NCBI RefSeq assembly: GCF_024502345.1
Contig: NZ_JALDNN010000001.1
Reading direction: 5' to 3' (one strand)
From: Escherichia coli
GTDB taxonomy: Bacteria; Pseudomonadota; Gammaproteobacteria; Enterobacterales; Enterobacteriaceae
DNA: 64,000 nucleotides
The notes under the pieces were generated by a model. It saw only the letters and a list, made by a program, of their open reading frames with translations. It had not been told where the DNA came from and ran no database searches. Position numbers and translations under genes: made by a program. Each line of letters begins with the position of its first letter. Position 1 is the first letter of the stretch. Below, one piece after another: positions 57,715 to 64,000 of this stretch.

Positions 57715-58685
57715 TGAAAGAAGCTACTACCTCATATAAATCAATTCATACTATATTAGATTATTTTGGTTGGTCTCATGAAGATTATTGGCATATCAAC
57801 TATAAAGTAAATTATGATTTTTCAAAATTTAATTATTATTGGGATTTGACAAAAAAGTATAATTGGTTTAGTGGACCTTTTGATCAAAATAATATTCCTT
57901 TATATCTTGGCACTGATTCAAAACTGCATTACTCGCCAATTTTTTTAGGGCATTATGCTCTTGGAGCATATCAAGAATATCTATTATCAAATGATAAAAA
58001 AGCATATGACGATTTTATAAGAATAGCGGATTGGTTTGTTGAAAATACAACGACATATAAAAAATGTTCTGGAATATGGATAAATACATACCCAATGTCA
58101 ACTTTTAACTTAAAAGGTAAATGGCAATCGTGTTTAGCCCAGGCAAAAGGTATATCTGTCCTATGTAGAGCTTATTATCTTACGCAAAATTTAAAATATT
58201 TGAAGGTAGCTCTTGACGCATTTGAATCTTTCAAAATATATAAAGAAGAAGGTGGAGTTAAGGTAAGGCATAAAAACGTATTCTTTTGGGAGGAATATCC
58301 AACTATAACCAATTCTATCGTATTGAATGGACATATTTTTGCAGTTTGGGCATTGTACGATTTATCTTTTGTATTAAAAGATAAGAACGAATTTAAGCAA
58401 CAATGGACGGATATTTACAGTTATTATAAAAAATCACTGATTATATTAAAAGAGAATTATAAGTTATGGGATACGCGCTATTGGACTAGATATGATATAT
58501 GGGATAAACATTTTAATGTTTCAAGTTTGTTTTATCATAATCTCCATATTAAACAATTCTATATATTGGCTGTTTTGGGAGATGATGATGATTTCAAGAA
58601 AATTGCTAATAAATGGGCTGGTAAATTAAAAAATCCGCTTTTCAGAATGTATGCGCTTATAAAGAAAGTAGTTTTTAGGTTATGA
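57714..58685 (+). CDS. D-glucuronyl C5-epimerase-like protein (C-terminal domain family), putative hexuronate epimerase
   Basis: 323-aa soluble ORF; AQAKGISVLCRAYYLT and FWEEYPTITNSIVLNGHIFAVWALYDL resemble, from memory, conserved blocks of the glucuronyl C5-epimerase C-terminal domain. Confidence 0.5.
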   Translation: MKEATTSYKSIHTILDYFGWSHEDYWHINYKVNYDFSKFNYYWDLTKKYNWFSGPFDQNNIPLYLGTDSKLHYSPIFLGHYALGAYQEYLLSNDKKAYDDFIRIADWFVENTTTYKKCSGIWINTYPMSTFNLKGKWQSCLAQAKGISVLCRAYYLTQNLKYLKVALDAFESFKIYKEEGGVKVRHKNVFFWEEYPTITNSIVLNGHIFAVWALYDLSFVLKDKNEFKQQWTDIYSYYKKSLIILKENYKLWDTRYWTRYDIWDKHFNVSSLFYHNLHIKQFYILAVLGDDDDFKKIANKWAGKLKNPLFRMYALIKKVVFRL

Positions 58686-59563
58686 TTATGAATGTTATTG
58701 ATAAAATTATTATGGGTTTGAAAAGTATATATTTAAGCTTTCTTTATACAATATATAATTTATTTCTTAATGAAAATAGATTCGAAGAGACAAATGAAGT
58801 ACATGTTGTTGTAAGTTTGACGTGTTTTCCTGGACGTATAAAAAAAGTATATCTTACTTTGGAGTCAATTATGGCTCAACAATATAATAACTTTAAAGTG
58901 GTATTGTACTTGTCTCATGAAGAGTTTCCAAAGGGTTTAGAGGATTTACCTCGTAGTTTAATACGATTACATAAAAGAGGTGTCGATATTAATTTTACGT
59001 GTGAAAATATTCGATCTTATAAGAAGTTACATTATGCGCTGAGTGATTTCCCGGAACTACCTGTAATAACAGCTGATGATGATGTCTTATATCCCTCGCG
59101 ATGGGTAAATGATTTTATGGAGTCACATAAGCTTTTTCATGATGATATATTATTTGCGAGGGGGCATCAGATAACATTTGACCGAAATGGAAATGTTAAA
59201 AAATATATCTCTTTCGGAAAACCAGCTGGATATTCAGCATCAAGTTTATATATTCCTACAGGAGTAAGTGGAATTCTATATCCGCCAGGATGTTTTTTTC
59301 AAGATGTGCAGAATAAAGATATTTTTATGAAGTTGGCACCTAACGCAGATGATATATGGTATAAAGTAATGACTTTGTTAAACGGTCGAAAATCCAGATT
59401 GATCTATAAAAAGCCAATTCATTATCCACCTATCCTTGGCACACAGAAGATCTCCTTGCGTAAACAAAACTTATCGAAACAACATTTAAATAATGATACA
59501 CAATTATTAAATTTAATTGATTATTATTCTATCGAATTAGCTGATTTTAAGAAAAAGGAATAG
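58682..59563 (+). CDS. Putative glycosyltransferase, family unassigned
   Basis: 293-aa ORF with N-terminal hydrophobic segment and DXD-like ITADDDV motif; 4-bp overlap with the upstream gene. Confidence 0.45.
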   Translation: MIMNVIDKIIMGLKSIYLSFLYTIYNLFLNENRFEETNEVHVVVSLTCFPGRIKKVYLTLESIMAQQYNNFKVVLYLSHEEFPKGLEDLPRSLIRLHKRGVDINFTCENIRSYKKLHYALSDFPELPVITADDDVLYPSRWVNDFMESHKLFHDDILFARGHQITFDRNGNVKKYISFGKPAGYSASSLYIPTGVSGILYPPGCFFQDVQNKDIFMKLAPNADDIWYKVMTLLNGRKSRLIYKKPIHYPPILGTQKISLRKQNLSKQHLNNDTQLLNLIDYYSIELADFKKKE

Positions 59564-59568
59564 CTCCT

Positions 59569-60309
59569 ATGGAATTAGTTTCAATTATAATGCCTTGTTT
59601 TAATAATGAAGCAACTATAAAAGAAAGTATTAACAGCGTACTATCTCAAAGTTATAAATGCTGGGAGTTAATTATTATCAATGACAACTCAACAGATGAT
59701 TCACAAAATATTATTAACGACTATGTGAATAGTGATGAAAGAATAAAACTGATTACTAATGAAAAAAATATCGGAGCTGGAGGTAGTAGAAATAAAGGAA
59801 TTGAAATTGCAAATGGAAGATTCATTGCTTTTTTAGATGCAGATGATGTTTGGTTGCCAGAAAAACTTGCAAAACAAATAAAGTTTATGAGAGATGGTAA
59901 TTATGCACTGACATATAGTTATTATCAAAAGTTTGATTCAACTGGATTGGGAGCGATCGTCCGGTCACCTGCTACAACAACCTATAGGAAATTGTTATAC
60001 AGTAATGTTATTGGATGTCTAACAGGAATGTATGATACTGATTTTTTGGGTAAATGCTATATGCCTTTAATTCGTAAACGACAAGATATGGGGCTTTGGT
60101 TGTCAATATTGAAAAAGTGTAATAAAGCATATTGCTTACCTGAAGTTTTGGCATATTATAGAATTGACTCAGGAATGACAAAAAATAAACTTGATGCGGC
60201 AAAATATCAGTGGCGATTTTATAGGGACGTAACTAAACTTAATTTGATTCAATCAAGTTGGTATTTTGTTTGGTATTCAGTTTTAGGTTTGGTAAAGTAC
60301 AAAAAATAA
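59569..60309 (+). CDS. Glycosyltransferase family 2
   Basis: 246-aa ORF, VSIIMPCFNN...NDNSTDDS...LDADD. Confidence 0.8.
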   Translation: MELVSIIMPCFNNEATIKESINSVLSQSYKCWELIIINDNSTDDSQNIINDYVNSDERIKLITNEKNIGAGGSRNKGIEIANGRFIAFLDADDVWLPEKLAKQIKFMRDGNYALTYSYYQKFDSTGLGAIVRSPATTTYRKLLYSNVIGCLTGMYDTDFLGKCYMPLIRKRQDMGLWLSILKKCNKAYCLPEVLAYYRIDSGMTKNKLDAAKYQWRFYRDVTKLNLIQSSWYFVWYSVLGLVKYKK

Positions 60310-60318
60310 TAAGGAGGA

Positions 60319-61332
60319 GTGATGACAATTTTAGTCACTGGTGGTGCTGGATATATTGGCAGTCACACTGTTATTGAATTACAGAAAAATGGTTTTGACG
60401 TGGTAATAGTAGATAATTTTTGTAATTCATCGCCATCGGTTTTAAAAAGAATTGAATTAATTACAGGGAAGGAAATTAAATGTTACGATATTGATCTTCT
60501 GGATTTTAATTCTTTGCAGAAGGTTTTTGTAACTAATAATATTAACTCTGTGATTCATTTTGCATCTTTAAAATCAGTTTCTGAATCACTAATCAAACCA
60601 ACTGAATATTATCATAATAATTTGAGTGGTTGCCTCAATGTCTTGAAAATAATGAAAGAACATAACGTGAATAATTTCATTTTCAGTTCTTCGGCAACTG
60701 TATATGGCAGTAATAACAACAATCCTGTTTCAGAATCTTCATCAGTCGGCACCGCAACAAATCCTTATGGAAAATCCAAGATTTTTTTAGAGCAAATATT
60801 GTCTGATTGCTGTAAATCAAATCCTAATTTAAATGTAACTTGCCTGAGGTATTTCAATCCGGTTGGTGCACATTCTTCAGGTTTGATAGGAGAATCTCCG
60901 AATGGTGTTCCTGCCAATTTAGTTCCATATTTAACTCAGGTTGCTTTAGGTAAATTGCCCGTATTACATATATATGGTAATGACTATGATACCAAGGATG
61001 GGACGGGAGTAAGAGATTTTATTCATGTTACGGATTTAGCTAATGGACACATAGCTGCGCTGAAAAAAATAAATGGTCATAATGGTTTTAAAGTTTATAA
61101 TCTTGGTACTGGGCGAGGTTATAGTGTGTTAGAAGTCGTTAGATGTTTTGAGGCTATTACAGGAAAAAGTATTCCAATCGAATTTTCGCCTCGCAGAGAA
61201 GGTGATATCGCTGAAAGTTGGGCAAATGTTTCCGCAGCAAATTATGAGTTAGAGTGGTTCGCTAAAAAGACATTAACTGATATGTTACGAGATGCATGGA
61301 AATGGCAAACGTTAAATCCAAATGGATTATAA
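60319..61332 (+). CDS. UDP-hexose 4-epimerase, GalE family (UDP-Glc/UDP-GlcNAc 4-epimerase)
   Basis: 337-aa ORF, MTILVTGGAGYIGSHTVIELQKNGFDVVIVDNFCNS, closely GalE-like; last gene of the O-antigen cluster. Confidence 0.85.
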   Translation: MMTILVTGGAGYIGSHTVIELQKNGFDVVIVDNFCNSSPSVLKRIELITGKEIKCYDIDLLDFNSLQKVFVTNNINSVIHFASLKSVSESLIKPTEYYHNNLSGCLNVLKIMKEHNVNNFIFSSSATVYGSNNNNPVSESSSVGTATNPYGKSKIFLEQILSDCCKSNPNLNVTCLRYFNPVGAHSSGLIGESPNGVPANLVPYLTQVALGKLPVLHIYGNDYDTKDGTGVRDFIHVTDLANGHIAALKKINGHNGFKVYNLGTGRGYSVLEVVRCFEAITGKSIPIEFSPRREGDIAESWANVSAANYELEWFAKKTLTDMLRDAWKWQTLNPNGL

Positions 61333-61417
61333 AGATATTTAATTTATATTAAACCTTGCTTATTTAAGATAATGTAAACCGCACCTTTGCGGTAACCCCC
61401 CCTGACAGGAGTAAACA

Positions 61418-62824
61418 ATGTCAAAGCAACAGATCGGCGTCGTCGGTATGGCAGTGATGGGGCGCAACCTTGCGCTCAACATCGAAAGCCGTGGTTATAC
61501 CGTCTCTATTTTCAACCGTTCCCGTGAAAAGACGGAAGAAGTGATTGCCGAAAATCCAGGCAAGAAACTGGTTCCTTACTATACGGTGAAAGAGTTTGTT
61601 GAATCTCTGGAAACGCCTCGTCGCATCCTGTTAATGGTGAAAGCAGGTGCAGGCACGGATGCTGCTATTGATTCTCTCAAGCCATACCTCGATAAAGGCG
61701 ACATCATCATTGATGGTGGTAACACCTTCTTCCAGGACACCATCCGTCGTAACCGTGAGCTTTCTGCAGAAGGCTTTAACTTCATTGGTACCGGTGTCTC
61801 CGGTGGTGAAGAAGGCGCGCTGAAAGGTCCTTCCATTATGCCTGGTGGGCAGAAAGAAGCCTATGAACTGGTTGCGCCGATCCTGACAAAAATCGCCGCA
61901 GTGGCTGAAGACAGCGAACCGTGCGTTACCTATATTGGTGCCGATGGCGCAGGTCACTATGTGAAGATGGTTCACAACGGTATTGAGTACGGCGATATGC
62001 AGCTGATTGCTGAAGCCTATTCTCTGCTTAAAGGTGGTCTGAACCTCACCAACGAAGAACTGGCGCAGACCTTTACCGAGTGGAATAACGGTGAACTGAG
62101 CAGCTACCTGATCGACATTACCAAAGACATCTTCACTAAAAAAGATGAAGACGGTAACTACTTGGTTGATGTGATCCTGGATGAAGCGGCAAACAAAGGT
62201 ACGGGCAAATGGACCAGCCAGAGCGCACTGGATCTCGGCGAACCGCTGTCGCTGATTACCGAGTCTGTGTTTGCACGATACATCTCTTCTCTGAAAGATC
62301 AGCGCGTTGCTGCGTCTAAAGTTCTCTCTGGCCCACAAGCGCAGCTAGCTGGCGACAAGGCTGAGTTCATCGAAAAAGTTCGCCGTGCACTGTATCTGGG
62401 CAAAATCGTTTCTTACGCTCAGGGGTTCTCTCAACTGCGTGCGGCGTCTGAAGAGTACAACTGGGATCTGAACTACGGCGAAATCGCGAAGATTTTCCGT
62501 GCTGGCTGCATCATCCGTGCGCAGTTCCTGCAGAAAATCACCGATGCTTATGCCGAAAATCCGCAAATCGCTAATCTGCTGCTGGCTCCGTACTTCAAGC
62601 AAATTGCCGATGACTACCAGCAGGCGCTGCGTGATGTCGTTGCTTATGCAGTACAGAACGGTATCCCTGTTCCTACCTTCGCTGCTGCGGTTGCCTATTA
62701 CGACAGCTACCGCGCCGCTGTTCTGCCTGCGAACCTGATCCAGGCACAGCGTGACTATTTCGGTGCGCATACTTATAAGCGCATTGATAAAGAAGGTGTG
62801 TTCCATACCGAATGGCTGGATTAA
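61418..62824 (+). CDS. gnd: 6-phosphogluconate dehydrogenase (decarboxylating)
   Basis: 468-aa [33 protein letters not shown]. Confidence 0.97.
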   Translation: MSKQQIGVVGMAVMGRNLALNIESRGYTVSIFNRSREKTEEVIAENPGKKLVPYYTVKEFVESLETPRRILLMVKAGAGTDAAIDSLKPYLDKGDIIIDGGNTFFQDTIRRNRELSAEGFNFIGTGVSGGEEGALKGPSIMPGGQKEAYELVAPILTKIAAVAEDSEPCVTYIGADGAGHYVKMVHNGIEYGDMQLIAEAYSLLKGGLNLTNEELAQTFTEWNNGELSSYLIDITKDIFTKKDEDGNYLVDVILDEAANKGTGKWTSQSALDLGEPLSLITESVFARYISSLKDQRVAASKVLSGPQAQLAGDKAEFIEKVRRALYLGKIVSYAQGFSQLRAASEEYNWDLNYGEIAKIFRAGCIIRAQFLQKITDAYAENPQIANLLLAPYFKQIADDYQQALRDVVAYAVQNGIPVPTFAAAVAYYDSYRAAVLPANLIQAQRDYFGAHTYKRIDKEGVFHTEWLD

Positions 62825-62852
62825 TCTGATTTAAATCAATTAATCAATGCAA

Positions 62853-62883
62853 GGCCCGGAGAAACCCTCCGGGCTTTTTTATT
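62853..62883 (+). terminator. Rho-independent terminator downstream of gnd
   Basis: ggcccggagaaaccctccgggc hairpin followed by ttttttatt. Confidence 0.8.
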
Positions 62884-63072
62884 ATACAAAGCGGCATGTT
62901 ATGGCCTTTTTTTATAATTTATAGTTAAAAACGCGATATAATACAGCGCCGCACAGCAGGATCGCTGCCTTGACAGTTCATCTACATCAGCGTTAAAAAT
63001 CCCGCAGTAGATGAAGTTGTGGTGGTGGATTAATGACCACTCTAAATGTTTAACCGGAAGAAGTCAGAGCTA

Positions 63073-64000
63073 ATGAAAATAACAATTTCAGGAACAGGTT
63101 ATGTTGGTCTTTCAAATGGTATTCTGATTGCGCAAAATCACGAAGTGGTTGCACTGGATATCGTTCAGGCCAAAGTGGACATGCTTAACAAGAAGCAGTC
63201 ACCGATTGTTGATAAGGAGATTGAAGAGTATCTGGCGACTAAAGATCTCAATTTCCGCGCTACGACAGATAAGTATGACGCGTATAAAAATGCCGATTAC
63301 GTTATTATTGCCACGCCTACCGATTATGACCCGAAAACAAATTATTTTAATACCTCAAGCGTGGAAGCGGTCATTCGCGATGTGACAGAAATTAATCCCA
63401 ACGCGGTAATGGTGATTAAATCTACAATTCCGGTAGGTTTCACCAAATCAATTAAAGAACGTCTGGGTATCGATAATCTTATTTTCTCTCCGGAATTTCT
63501 CCGTGAAGGTAAAGCCCTTTACGATAATCTCCATCCTTCACGTATTGTCATTGGTGAGCGTTCAGAACGCGCAGAACGTTTTGCTGCGTTGTTACAGGAA
63601 GGCGCGATTAAGCAAAATATCCCGACCCTGTTTACCGACTCCACTGAAGCAGAAGCGATTAAACTTTTCGCTAATACCTATCTGGCGATGCGCGTAGCAT
63701 ACTTTAATGAACTGGATAGCTATGCAGAAAGTTTAGGTCTGAATACTCGCCAGATTATCGAAGGCGTTTGTCTCGATCCGCGTATTGGCAACCATTACAA
63801 CAATCCGTCGTTTGGATATGGTGGTTATTGTCTGCCGAAAGATACCAAGCAGTTACTGGCGAACTACCAGTCTGTGCCGAATAACCTGATTTCGGCAATT
63901 GTCGATGCTAACCGCACACGTAAAGACTTTATTGCCGATGCCATTTTGTCACGCAAACCGCAAGTGGTGGGTATTTATCGTCTGATTATGAAGAGCGGTT
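63073..64000 (+). CDS. ugd: UDP-glucose 6-dehydrogenase, 5' part (continues beyond window)
   Basis: ATG at 63073; translation [59 protein letters not shown]...; not in the ORF track because no stop lies within the window. Confidence 0.93.
   Translation, partial: MKITISGTGYVGLSNGILIAQNHEVVALDIVQAKVDMLNKKQSPIVDKEIEEYLATKDLNFRATTDKYDAYKNADYVIIATPTDYDPKTNYFNTSSVEAVIRDVTEINPNAVMVIKSTIPVGFTKSIKERLGIDNLIFSPEFLREGKALYDNLHPSRIVIGERSERAERFAALLQEGAIKQNIPTLFTDSTEAEAIKLFANTYLAMRVAYFNELDSYAESLGLNTRQIIEGVCLDPRIGNHYNNPSFGYGGYCLPKDTKQLLANYQSVPNNLISAIVDANRTRKDFIADAILSRKPQVVGIYRLIMKSG

Noticed and set aside
52700-61332. Prophage or insertion-sequence origin for the AT-rich block
   Set aside because: No integrase, transposase, terminal inverted repeats or tRNA attachment site; gene content is entirely polysaccharide biosynthesis in the canonical galF-gnd position.

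Overview
This window is an Escherichia coli-type chromosomal segment (identified from protein sequences and gene order I recognise; no database search was run). Left to right it contains: the 3' end of baeR and baeS with the mdtABCD RND efflux operon (minus strand); three tandem ibs/sib type I toxin-antitoxin modules; the yegL-yegK-yegI vWA/PP2C phosphatase/Ser-Thr kinase triad; yegD; alkA; dgcE (yegE); udk; dcd; asmA; yegH; the complete colanic acid cluster wza-wzb-wzc-wcaA..wcaM; a Z3206-type epimerase (gnu); galF; an AT-rich Wzx/Wzy-dependent O-antigen cluster of 8 genes; gnd; and the 5' part of ugd. No CRISPR array, transposase, integrase or prophage gene was found. The most notable points are: (1) the O-antigen cluster carries a gene resembling the D-glucuronyl C5-epimerase family, and is not the K-12 rfb cluster although the flanking genes match K-12 in length; (2) the yegK phosphatase gene of the triad is split by a 1-nt frameshift; (3) dgcE is interrupted by an in-frame TAG stop; (4) the sib/ibs locus has three copies rather than the two I recall for K-12. 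All coordinates of regulatory sites, repeats and sib RNAs are hand-counted and approximate.
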